DNA of 64,000 nt from positions 10,664,652 through 10,728,651 of the forward strand of contig NC_057720.1 in NCBI RefSeq assembly GCF_004010195.1, written 5' to 3'. Positions 36,801 through 45,600 of the stretch are shown here, in pieces; within the stretch, counting starts at the first letter, position 1; each line of letters begins with the position of its first letter. The notes under the pieces are model-generated. The model saw nothing but the letters and a program-made list of their open reading frames with translations. It did no database searches and was not told the DNA's origin. The DNA is from Chiloscyllium plagiosum (taxonomy: Eukaryota). Made by a program: the position numbers and the translations under genes.

Positions 36801-37801
36801 TTCGAGATGCAGACAATAGAATAAAAAAAAATTGTTCTTGATTACGGCGAAAGAGATTGTTTGGAATATCTTAGAGGAATAGTGCATAACTATCCAATGA
36901 ACTGCTCAAGAAAATCTTTCTCAAATCTCAGATTCTGTGAAAATTGCCTCAGAGTTGCTGCTGCTGCATCAGCAGTGTAAAATAAAAGCCACTTAATTGT
37001 AGATGGGCTTTGTGAGGCCCCAGTGGCTGAACAGATGGAGATTACCACTGATCGTTACTCTTCACTACTCAGTCCTTACCTTCTCATAGGATTCAGTTGT
37101 CCGTCTCCGAACTGTATGGGAACCAGCTGGCCATGTTATGGGTAACAGGATTTTCACATCTGCGAAATAAACTCGCTCTTTGGTCGCTCGGTGAAGGTAG
37201 GAGGAGGCTGCAGTCACTATTTCCTGTAAAACACAAACCCAGTTTTAATATCAAAACCGCTCCATTCATTCATCAAATGGTGAGAGGGAAACAAATACAA
37301 TAAAAAAAACACAAAGAACCATGGATGCTGAAAATCCGAAACAAAATCAGAAATTCCCAGAAAGACTAAGCAGGTTTGGCAGCATGTGTACAGAGAAAGC
37401 CGAGTTAATGTTTCGGGTCCACTGAACCTTCATCAGAACTGAGGAGCAGAAATTCTTCAAGGTAGGTATACATGGAAGAGACGTGGCAGTGAGTTCAGGA
37501 CCAAAGAAAAAATATATAATATATTCCTTTAAACCCCTCTTCTTGGCAAACCCTGAATTCTAAGCATGAATTTTAACAGTAAAGATCATACAATGAAACA
37601 AAATAATTAATTCACCGCAGGCAGCCCTCAATAACTCACCTGAATATTTTGAATCAGCTGTTCATTATGTTGAATGTTTGGGTTAATGGCAATAACGATG
37701 TCTCGATATCCATTATTCTCCAGCTTTATTCCGGTACACTTTAGAATAGAACTACACAGAAGATAGCTGAGAACCAAGACAAAGGCTTTTTGGAATCTCA
37801 T
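3465..37801 (-). CDS. CLCA: Calcium-activated chloride channel regulator (CLCA family), 14 coding exons, ~912 aa, with C-terminal transmembrane helix
   Basis: Exons join in frame through GT-AG introns: 37801-37640, 37223-37080, 26003-25853, 25038-24933, 21673-21508, 19284-19063, 12381-12157, 12070-11893, 11141-11035, 10948-10727, 9140-8879, 7540-7373, 5792-5565, 3862-3465 (sum 2739 nt). Diagnostic motifs: [97 protein letters not shown]. Orthology to mammalian CLCA1/2/4 cannot be resolved by eye. Confidence 0.96.
4800..5538 (+). mobile_element. CR1-type LINE 3' fragment
   Basis: [15 protein letters not shown]...[15 protein letters not shown]...[11 protein letters not shown]; tail ending ttctatgttcta. 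Confidence 0.9.
5565..5792 (-). CDS. CLCA: CLCA exon 13 (FnIII-like; PPCKITDL...[11 protein letters not shown])
   Basis: Acceptor CGTAG|GA, donor CAG|GTAAT; 228 nt. Confidence 0.95.
6714..7020 (-). mobile_element. tRNA-derived SINE (family B), decayed
   Basis: Reverse complement of the 38932-39254 element (GGAGGCAATGGCACAGTGG head, GGTTCACTAATGTC core). Confidence 0.75.
7373..7540 (-). CDS. CLCA: CLCA exon 12 ([14 protein letters not shown]...[11 protein letters not shown]; region of the self-cleavage site in CLCA proteins)
   Basis: Acceptor CTTTAG|GT, donor ATG|GTAAT; 168 nt. Confidence 0.95.
8100..8720 (-). mobile_element. LINE family A (CR1/L2-like) 3' fragment
   Basis: Shares the 3' region (GGCAATAAATGCTGGCCTAGC tail) with 12865-17700 and 61174-62830. 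Confidence 0.7.
8879..9140 (-). CDS. CLCA: CLCA exon 11 (TGHWNY...VTSRAA...LCDNGL)
   Basis: Acceptor TTCCAG|ACA, donor TGA|GTAAG; 262 nt. Confidence 0.93.
9390..9873 (+). mobile_element. CR1-type LINE 3' fragment
   Basis: [15 protein letters not shown] motif, RGHRFKVRG, tail ctctatgactct. Confidence 0.85.
10727..10948 (-). CDS. CLCA: CLCA exon 10 (LENFG...[10 protein letters not shown]...IPGTAQ)
   Basis: Acceptor CCCAG|CTT, donor CAG|GTAGG; 222 nt. Confidence 0.95.
11035..11141 (-). CDS. CLCA: CLCA exon 9 ([35 protein letters not shown])
   Basis: Acceptor CTCTAG|GG, donor CAG|GTCAGT; 107 nt. Confidence 0.93.
11436..11610. mobile_element. Penelope-derived fold-back element with hammerhead motif (minus strand 11561-11532)
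   Basis: Arms gctggaaaagcacagc..tcaggcag / ctgcctgacc..ctgtgcttttccag; CTGATGA-AGGGCTTATGCCT-GAAACATC. Confidence 0.75.
11893..12070 (-). CDS. CLCA: CLCA exon 8 (v[17 protein letters not shown])
   Basis: Acceptor TTGCAG|GTA, donor CAG|GTAAT; 178 nt. Confidence 0.95.
12157..12381 (-). CDS. CLCA: CLCA exon 7 (v[22 protein letters not shown]...[14 protein letters not shown])
   Basis: Not in the ORF track; acceptor GATAG|GAG, donor CAG|GTAGA; 225 nt. Confidence 0.94.
14890..16325 (-). mobile_element. CR1-type LINE (RT to 3' end) nested in LINE A
   Basis: [38 protein letters not shown]...WNELP. Confidence 0.88.
17042..17375 (-). mobile_element. HE1/V-SINE-type tRNA-derived SINE, full length, 7-bp TSD
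   Basis: GGGCGGCACGGTGGCACAGTGGTTAGC head with A and B boxes, V-domain GTGTGGAGTTT..TTCTCCCCGTGTCTGCGTGGGTTTCCTCCGGGTGCTCCGGTTTCCTCCCAC, (TAATC)n tail; TSD agtctat at 17035-17041 and 17376-17382. Confidence 0.92.
17779..18564 (+). mobile_element. Penelope-like retroelement 3' fragment (RT-EN linker with CxxC, C-terminus of GIY-YIG region, pLTR with hammerhead)
   Basis: [26 protein letters not shown]...GTFPC...CKTC...FTCTSTN and [24 protein letters not shown]; 12-bp flanking duplication atacctctgtgt (17767-17778, 18565-18576). Confidence 0.88.
18440..18475 (+). ncRNA. Minimal type I hammerhead ribozyme motif in Penelope pLTR
   Basis: CTGATGA (18444-50), stem II GGGC-TTTT-GCCC, GAAA, palindromic ACGT, predicted GUC cleavage after 18471. 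Confidence 0.8.
19063..19284 (-). CDS. CLCA: CLCA exon 6 (VTEFCD...start of vWA domain, MIDAS DVSGS)
   Basis: Acceptor CCAG|GTG, donor TCG|GTAAG; 222 nt. Confidence 0.95.
19828..20072 (+). mobile_element. Old HE1/V-SINE-type copy
   Basis: Degenerate tRNA head plus V-domain (gtgtgaagtttgcatgtt...ggttttctcccacagtcc). Confidence 0.7.
20480..20718 (-). mobile_element. HE1/V-SINE-type copy, 5'-truncated
   Basis: V-domain and tail homologous to 17042-17375. Confidence 0.75.
21508..21673 (-). CDS. CLCA: CLCA exon 5 (Cys-rich; CSKEIRG...[10 protein letters not shown])
   Basis: Acceptor CTCCAG|A, donor AGT|GTAAGT; 166 nt. Confidence 0.92.
21985..22287 (+). mobile_element. tRNA-derived SINE (family B)
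   Basis: B-box-like GGTTCAAATTC, core ctggttcactaatgccc, tail caataaatgcc...atgaatgaat. Confidence 0.75.
23532..24452. repeat. Perfect 256-bp inverted repeat (23532-23787 / 24197-24452)
   Basis: Arms are reverse complements with no mismatch that I could find; right arm flanked by direct repeat aacaagaccattcag (24181-24195, 24453-24467). Confidence 0.95.
24933..25038 (-). CDS. CLCA: CLCA exon 4 (zinc-metalloprotease HEWAH motif)
   Basis: [20 protein letters not shown]; acceptor CTACAG|AT, donor AG|GTAGG; 106 nt. Confidence 0.96.
25853..26003 (-). CDS. CLCA: CLCA exon 3 ([37 protein letters not shown]...YGPK)
   Basis: Acceptor CCTAG|GCT, donor AAG|GTAAA; 151 nt. Confidence 0.95.
26120..28040 (+). 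mobile_element. LINE family A RT/3' fragment interrupted by SINE B (~26315-26672, minus) and two PLE fragments (~26765-26874, ~27348-27540)
   Basis: [29 protein letters not shown]..., [10 protein letters not shown] (RT motifs). Confidence 0.75.
29411..29880 (+). mobile_element. CR1-type LINE 3' fragment with inverted 5' segment (29411-29461)
   Basis: Minus-strand [17 protein letters not shown] abuts plus-strand continuation [16 protein letters not shown]; tail (tatgac)n. Confidence 0.85.
31424..32430 (-). mobile_element. CR1-type LINE (RT to 3' end, with deletions)
   Basis: [26 protein letters not shown]...KFADD.KIGG. Confidence 0.88.
33881..34572 (+). repeat. Composite block duplicated at 53435-54076 (unique-looking DNA + LINE A tail + CR1 tail)
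   Basis: Colinear similarity including the same TE junctions; this copy has an extra PLE fragment 34161-34277 with TSD ttataga. Confidence 0.85.
35244..36900 (+). mobile_element. Mutator-like (FLYWCH-MULE) DNA transposon with pseudogenised transposase; left end with subterminal repeats, right end missing
   Basis: From ATG 35504: FLYWCH-like F.HNGFIY...FWRC....C........H.H; DDE domain WFVDGTF, HCDFE, GCFFH (CxxH), [11 protein letters not shown]. Interrupted by TGA stops and a few frameshifts. Repeated (A)TTCGCCAC-like units at 35254-35355. Confidence 0.9.
37080..37223 (-). CDS. CLCA: CLCA exon 2 ([31 protein letters not shown]...TESYEK)
   Basis: Not in the ORF track; read manually. Acceptor TTTTACAG|GAA, donor AAG|GTAAG; 144 nt. 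Confidence 0.94.
37312..37440 (-). mobile_element. Penelope pLTR-derived fragment with hammerhead motif in CLCA intron 1
   Basis: Minus strand AGTT-CTGATGA-AGGTTCAGTGGACCC-GAAA-CATT-AACT (stem I AGUU/AACU closes). Confidence 0.7.
37640..37801 (-). CDS. CLCA: CLCA exon 1 (signal peptide; [54 protein letters not shown])
   Basis: ATG at 37801-37799, hydrophobic leader, donor CAG|GTGAGT; 162 nt, phase 0. Confidence 0.93.
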
Positions 37802-38931
37802 TACTGCTGTGTTCAGATTGGAGCTTGTCAAATTCAAATAATGGTGTCTGCTGTCATAACATATAAATTAAGGCTTTTCTGCACTGACACATGAAAGGTG
37901 GTGTCTACTGAAATCCAATAGATTTCGACTGCTGTAAGAATGTCAGCAGCTGTTAAAAAACACCCAGTAATTTTCTTTGTACACCTCAGCTTTAGCAGTG
38001 GGAGTCACATTATACTTGTGAGTTGTTCACTGCCTGTTCTCATTGGCATCCAGAAAGATTTAAGAGGGAATTGGCAGCTTTTCCTGTGCTGATGGCAAGA
38101 TAATGAGTCTTTTTTCACAGAGTTGAGCAAGGATTGTAAATAAATCAGGTGCAACAATTCTGAGATGAGTGACATGGAATTTCTGCCTCAAGCTGTTTCT
38201 CACCCGAGATGGTGAAGACCCATTTAGAATCCTCTACTAATATCATTCCTAAACACTATAAGCTGAATCTTATAATATTTTGACTGTGCCAATTTTGACG
38301 AGTTCTGGGGAAGGTTTCTCTCTGCAAGACCAAGCGTACTTCCTTCGCTATCATCCCAAACTCACCTCAGTAGCTTCCTCCCCTGTCCTTGTGCACCATT
38401 CTTTATTTTCCTACTTTCCTTTTCGATCCTCTCCCATCCACACTTTCTGTAATGCTTGAGGAACCCTGCAATAAACCTCTATTTTTTTCCCTAAACCTAA
38501 ACTTTGTGTCTCTCAGCAATTAGGGTTCTCCAGCCTGGCTCAAACCTTTGGTTTTTATGGGGATCTAGCTGCCCTCTACTCGTGCTATTTCTTCCGTGAA
38601 TTCCTCCTCCTGCTCTGACACTGTTTTATCTGCAAGTAACTGCTCCCAGTCAACTTGGATTGAATCGTATATTAGTGAATTGATTCCTCCCCAAGTTAAG
38701 AGCTTAGGTTATACCCTTATTCTTTTCCATAGCTATCATCAATCTACTCATTTAGTTACATCTTGCGTATCTAGCCTATACTTCCTTTCTCTTTGCACAA
38801 TTACATGCTTTGACCCTAAATCTGATGCTCTTTCTTTAGTTAAACATGGATGGTAGAGCCTGGCCTGGGAAATTTTTCTTTACAATAGAAATATATGCAT
38901 TCTCGGTATTCTGGACTGTCCCTTTAAATAA

Positions 38932-39254
38932 GGAGGTGATGTCCTAGTGGCGTTATCACTGGAATGTTAATCCAGTGACTCTGGTACTGTTCTGGGAATC
39001 TGGGTTCAAATCCCACCGCAATGGAATTCGAATTCAATAAAAATCTAGAATTAAGAATCTAATGATGACCCTGAATTCATTGTTGATCATTGGAAAAACT
39101 CACTTTGTTCACAAATGTCATTTTGGGAAAGAATTGCCATCCTTACATGTGACTGTAGACCCACAGCAATGTGGTTGACATTTAATTGCCCTCCAGAATG
39201 ATTAATAACTGTTGGCCTAGCCAATGCCTTGTCCCATGAATGAATAAAAAAAAA
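38932..39254 (+). mobile_element. tRNA-derived SINE (family B), near full length
   Basis: Head GGAGGTGATGTCCTAGTGG (A box), B box GGTTCAAATCC at 39003-39013, tail cccatgaatgaataaaaaaaaa shared with LINE family A. Confidence 0.82.
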
Positions 39255-40179
39255 CCTGCCACTGATCTCTCCTCTAGCCAAGAATTTCAGTTCACTTCAA
39301 TGAGCTCATGCTTTCATGCCCATTTTGAGGAGATAACAAGCAGGCTAGACAAAAGGGGAACAAGAGAATGTAATATTTTTGTATTTCTTAAGACATTCAG
39401 TAAGGTACCATGCATAAGGTTTCTTAATAAGATAAGAACTCATTGTGTTTGGGGTGATAGATTAGCATGGAAAGAGGATATGCCAACCAATAGTAGACAC
39501 AGTTGTTTGAGCCCCTTAGGACTATCACCAATGGGTTACAAATGAATCTGTAGCAGGGCCTGGGAACCTTTTCTGGTTTTTAGTTGAATTATGTATTCTT
39601 CCTTTGTTTGGTTGAACTGCTGATGAAATGTGTCCTTTTATTCTATGCCAATATCATTTGTAGCTGGCAGCTGTGTTTGCACTGTGTCTGTTTTCTGGGT
39701 TTGAGCTTTACTTTGCCAACATACCCCATATCCAGCATTCCTTGTTGTTGGTCAGGTTGGCAAATTACTTGTCTTTTAGCAGCTATGAGGCTGTGACAAC
39801 ACAGAGCTGAGATAAAGGGGTATTTTCAGGATGACAATCTCTAATGGTGTGCCACAGGGATCAGGGCTGGGGCCACAATTATCTACAATGGCCTAGATTT
39901 TCTGATGTGAGTCAGAGCAGTTGCTATTCCAGGGTAGATGGATGTTGTGCAATCCCTGTTGGAGAAGACTCAGAAGGAATTCCCTGGGAAATTGAAAATT
40001 TCACTGAACAATCCCGCTGTGGTTGAAATCCTCTGAAAGACTCCATTGAAGTCAGAAAATTTGGAAGATTCTGATGAAATTAAGTAAGTTGTTACTCAGG
40101 TACATTAGGCTATTAAATCCATAGTCCAACTCCTGAGTAACTATTCAACCGATCTCATACTTACCTCACGCAACTCCAA

Positions 40180-40404
40180 GGAGAAAGTGAGGACTGCAAA
40201 TGGTGGAGATCGGAGTCAAAACATGTGGTTGTGGAAAAGCACAGCTGACCAGGCAGCATCCAAGGAGCAGGAGAAATGTATTTTGAGCATAAACTCATCA
40301 TTAGGAAAGCTCTTCCCAGTGAAGAGATAATGCTCGAAACATCGACTTTCCTGCTCCTTGGATGTTGCCTGACCAGCTGTACTTTTACAGCACTACACTT
40401 TTGA
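40180..40404. mobile_element. Penelope-derived fold-back element with degenerate TSD
   Basis: Inverted arms; flanks ctcacgcaactccaa (40165-79) and ctcacacagctccaa (40405-19). Confidence 0.75.
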
Positions 40405-40464
40405 CTCACACAGCTCCAACTAAATCTCTCCCATACCACACATTCCCATACCCTGGGCAAAAAC

Positions 40465-41065
40465 TTGCTACATGGATTATAATGTGAGAAAATGTAAGGT
40501 GTGCACTTTGGCTGGAAAAATAGAGGAGCTGACTATTATTTAAATGGCCAAAGACTGCAGAAGGCTGTAGCATAGAGAGATTTGGGAGTTCTCACGCATG
40601 GAAGCATGAAAAGCTAGCATAGAAATGCATCAGTTAGTAGGGAAGGCAAATGGATTGTGGGTCTTAATCCAAAGGGAAAGGACTATGAAAGTAGGGAGGG
40701 TCTTGCTTAAACCTACAAACATTAACTAAATGCCACTTGGATTACTGTGGACAGTTTTTGTCCCCTTATCGAAGGAGGCAGTCCAGAGAAAATTAACTTG
40801 GTTGATCCAGAATATGATGGGATAGGCTTCTGAGGAGAGGTTGAGTATGTTGGGCTTTATAGTGACTTTAGTTTAGAAGAATGAGAGGAGACCCTGTTGA
40901 AATATGTGATATTATTAGTGGCCTTGACAGGGTAAATGAAGAGAGGTTGTTTTTTTCTTGTGGGAGAGTCTAGGACCGTAGGGCATAACCTCAGAATAAG
41001 GAGTCATCCATTTCAGACAGAGATGAGGAGGAATTTCTTCTCTCAGAGGGTAGCGAATCTGTGAA
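40465..41065 (+). mobile_element. Decayed CR1-type LINE 3' fragment
   Basis: NVRKCKV.HFG, RDLGVL, ESRTVGHNLRIR...MRRNFFSQRVANL motifs. Confidence 0.75.
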
Positions 41066-42689
41066 TTGCAAAAATAAAACCAGATTTTACGATCTTTCAT
41101 TGTAATATAGTAGATCTCAAAGGGACTTGACAGGGTGGATGATAAAAATGATGTTTCTCATTGAAGGGGAAATCAGAAGTAAGAAAAATCAGCAGTCTCC
41201 CATTTGAATTATAGATGAGAGGATTATAGTTTTTTTTCTCTGAGTGTGTTGAGGAACTATCACTGCCAGAGAACAGCAGAGGTGGGATTATTGAATACAT
41301 GTGATGCGGAGGGAAATAAATGTCCTAGGAATCAAAGGTTACTGGGGTATAGGCAGGAATTCGTGGTTGTTGCTGTAATGAGATCAGTTATAGCCTTATT
41401 GAATGGCAGAGTAGACTAAAGTGGCTGAAGAGAAGAGCTTGAAAATCTTTGTCTTCTGAGACACAGCTGAATATTTTTGAGACACAGCTGAATAGATTTG
41501 TGTTAGATGGGGGTTAAATGATTAGCGCAGATAGATGGGAAGTTGAAACACTAACATGTCAGACATGATTTTATTGAATGGGACAACAGGCACAAAGGGC
41601 CAAATGGCCCACTTCTGCTTGTATTTGATATATTAGGATGTTAATAAATGAGGAAGGACATTTTGTCGGAACACTCCTGACCCTGAGCCCTCTTGTATGA
41701 GGTGAAACAGGGTCATCATTGGATGTGCAAGAATATCTTCTAGATTTTGAGATTTGATTGGAAATTCAGGATTTTCAGTTTGCTTTCAAGGCATAAAGTT
41801 AATTATTGTCATTATCACCTTGATTCATCTTTGCGTAATAATATGAAAGTCTAATGTAAGCAATTCAAAGCTGAATACTTTGCAAAATTTTGCTCGATTG
41901 ATGTTGACTGAAAATGGAAGACAGTTTTCACAAAAGTTCTCGGCTCCCAAGTCTGGGCACGACCAAAGTAAAATTACTTTCATTTTCTTCGAAACTGGTA
42001 GTATCTTGCATATTACTAATCAAAAGGTGGGAAAACACATCCTGTTCTACTGGGCAAATACCAGAATTTTCAATAATTAAGTTTAATTGGATTAGTCATC
42101 ATAAAATTTGTTCGTTACATCTAAAGATTTTTTTTTTCAAAGCAATAACAAAGACAACTGTATTGTCCAAACAATAATCTTCAGTCATCTAAATTCTAAA
42201 CAGTTGGCTAAACAGTGCATTTTAGTTCGACAAAGATTAATCAGTGGCTATGCCACAAAATGAGCCTAGTAACAGGCATTTGTAATCAACTTAAACAGGG
42301 TTGTGATGGACACACCTCTAGAGCAGATAGGGCTTGAATCTGGACCTCTTGAGTCAGAGGATGGTAGTTAACCAGATTGCAACAGACTTATCATAGAACC
42401 TTACGGCATTGGAGAAGGTCCGTCATGCCTGTGCCCATGCTCTGTGAGAGCAACTAATCTCATTCCACAATGATTGAGAGTAGCCCTGTATGTTTCTCTC
42501 ATGTCAGGTAATAATCCAATTCTCTTTGGAAGCAAAGATTGAATCCGCCTCCACCACACTCTCAGGCAGATCACCCCAGACCCATGAAATGTAAAATGCT
42601 CTTTTCATCATCAGATCTTTTGTCAAAAACTTTAGAACATAGGACAGTACAGCACAGGGACAGGCATTTTGGCCCATCTGGCCCGCCTG

Positions 42690-45600
42690 GGAAGGTGATT
42701 CTGACCGTTTAAAACACTTACCTCAGGCGTCGGGGCCTCCATTTGCCGAGGGGTGCAAGGGAGGAGCAAAGGATGCTGGGAAGATTTTAAGTGGGTGAGC
42801 TCTAAACCCGAGACCCTACACCATAGGGCTTCCCTCCCACCCACTTCCTCTAACCTTACTAAGAGTCTGTAAACTAGGTAAGTTTTCAGGTTACTCTTTT
42901 TTTTCTTCTCTTCCTTTGTTTAGTGCTGAGTGGGCGTTCAGCATAGTGGAATATGGATGTTAGGGCAGTTGCATATTCCTCCTGCAGAATGTGGCAGGTG
43001 AGAGACACTTCACATGTCTCTACCGACTACATCTGCGGGAATTGCACCCAACTCCAGCTCCTCGAAAACCGAATTTGGATCATCCAGGAGGCTGAGGGGG
43101 AAATTGAGACGATGTACAGGGAGGTGGTCACTCCCCAGACACAGGATAAGGACAGCTGGGTTACTGTCAGGGGGAGGGAAGGGAACCGACAGTCAGAGCA
43201 GGGATCCACTGTGGCCGTTCCCCTCAACAATAAGTATACCGTTTTTGATACTGCTGGTGGGGACAGCCTACCAGGGGAAAGCCATATTTGTCAGGGCACT
43301 GACACTGAGCCTGGCACTGTGGCTCAGAAGGAAAGTGAGGAAAATAGAAAAGCGCTAGTGGTAGGGGACTCGATAGTTAGACAGATTGACAGGAGATTTT
43401 GTGGTCAGGAACAGGACTCCCAGAAGGTATGCTGCCTCCCTGGTGCAAGGGTCCGGGATATCACCGATCGGGTTTAAAAGATTCTGAAGGGGGAGGGTGA
43501 GCAGCCAGAAATCATGGTGCATATTGGCACCAATGATATAGCCAGGATAGGGATCGAGGATCTGAAAAGTGACTTCAGGGAGTTAGGTTGGAAGCTGAAG
43601 AATAGGATGAGTAGAGTAGTGTTCTCAGGTTTGCTACCGTGGCTACGAGATAGTGAGGTGAGGAACAGTCAGCGAATGCAGCTTAACACATGGCTGCGAG
43701 GCTGGTGCAGAGGGAGGGCTTCAGATACCTAGACCATTGGGATACCTTCTGGGAAGGTATGACCTGTACCTGAAGGACAAAGGGATCAGTTAAAGTGAGT
43801 CTGCTTTAATGCAAGGAGTGTCTGAAATAAGAGTGATGAACTTAGAGCATGGATCAGTACTTGGGGCTACGATGTTGTGGCCATAACGGAGATGTGGGTT
43901 TCACAGGGGCAGGAATGGTTGCTTGGATGTTCCAGGGTTTAGAACGTTTAAAAAGAACTTGGAGGGGGGGGGCAATGGAAAAGGAGGAGGTGGTATAGCA
44001 TTGCTAATCAAAGAGTGCATCACAGCTACAGAAATGAAGGTTGTTGAGGAAGGTTTGCCTACTGAGTCAGTATGGGTGGAAGTTAGGAACAGTAAGGTCA
44101 CAGCCACTGCATTGGGGTTTTTCTACAGACCACCTAATAGCAGTGGAGAGATTGAAAATCTCATAAGCGGGCAGTTTCTGGAAAAAATGCAGAAGTAGCA
44201 GGGTTGTTGTTATGGGCATTTTCAACTTTCCTATTATCGACTGGAACCTCCTTAGTGCAGATGGTTTGGATGGCGCCATTTTTGTCAGGTGTGTTCAGGA
44301 AGGTTTCCTTACTCAGTGTGTAGACAGATCGATGAGGGGAGGGGCCATTTTGGACTTGGTGCTTGGCAACGAGCCAGGACAGGTGTCAGATCTCACGGTG
44401 GGAGAACACTTTGGTGAAAGTGATCACAACTGCCTCACATTTAGCATAGCCTTGGAGAGTGAAAGGAGCAGTTACCAAGGGAAGATATTTTATTGGGGAA
44501 AAGGAAATTATGACGCTATCAGTTGGGAAGTACAGACTGGGAGCAATTGTTCCACAGAAAGGGCACAGCAGACATGTGGAGATTATTTAAGGAGCAATTG
44601 TTGCAAGCAATGCACATATTTGTTCCACTCAGACAGGTAAGAAGGGGTAAGATTAAGGGACCTTGGATGACGAGAACAGAGGAATTTCTCATCGAAAGGA
44701 AGAAGGCAGCTTACGTAGGGTGGAGGAAGCAAGGATCTAGCACAGCTTTAGAAGATTACACGCTTGCTAGAAAGGAGCTCAGAAATGGACTGAGGAGAGC
44801 CAGGAGGGGGTACAAGAAAGGCTTGACAAGAAGGATTAGGGAGAACCCAAAGGCATTTTACTCATACGTGAGGAATAAGAGAATGATCAGGGAGAAGGTA
44901 GGGCCAATCAGGGATAGCGGAGGGAACATGTGCGTAAAGTCTGAGCAGATAGGGGGAGCCTTAAATGAGTTTTTTGCTTTGGTTTTCACCAAGGAAAGGG
45001 ACCTTGTGTAAGTGAAAACTTTGAGGAGCTGGGATACAGATTGATGAAGTTGATGTGCTGGAAATTTTGGAAAATATTAAGATTGATAAGTCTCCAGGGC
45101 CAGACCAGATTTATCCTAGGCTGCTCTGGGAAGCGAGAAAGAAGTTTGCTAAGCCGCTGGCGAGGATATTTGCCTCCTCACTCTCCACAGGAGTCATACG
45201 AGAGATTGGAAGGAGGCGAATATTGTTCCTCTTTTCAAGAAGGGTAATAGAGAAATCCCTGGCAATTACAGACCAGTCAGTCTTATGTCTGTGGTCGGTA
45301 AAGTTTTGGAAAGAATTCTGAGGGCTAGGATTTATGACTATTTGGCAAAGCATAGCATGATTAAAAGCAGCCAGCATGGCTTTGTGAGGGGCAGGACATG
45401 CCTCACAAATCTTATTGAGTCCTTTCAGGAGGTGATGAGACAGGTTGACGATGGTCGAGCAGTGGATGTGGTGTATATGGATTTCAGCAAGGCATTTGAT
45501 ATGGTTTCCCATGGCAGGCTCATTCATAAAGTCAGGAAGTATGGGATACAGAGAGATTTGACTATCTGGATTCAGAATTGGCTGGCTGACAGAAGGCAGA

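Noticed and set aside
37858..37870. TATA box for CLCA
   Set aside because: The minus strand reads ATTTATATG about 60 nt upstream of the ATG. The position is plausible but the motif is non-canonical and the TSS is unknown.
41458..41494. 17-bp direct repeat tgagacacagctgaata
   Set aside because: Simple local slippage duplication inside a decayed LINE tail.
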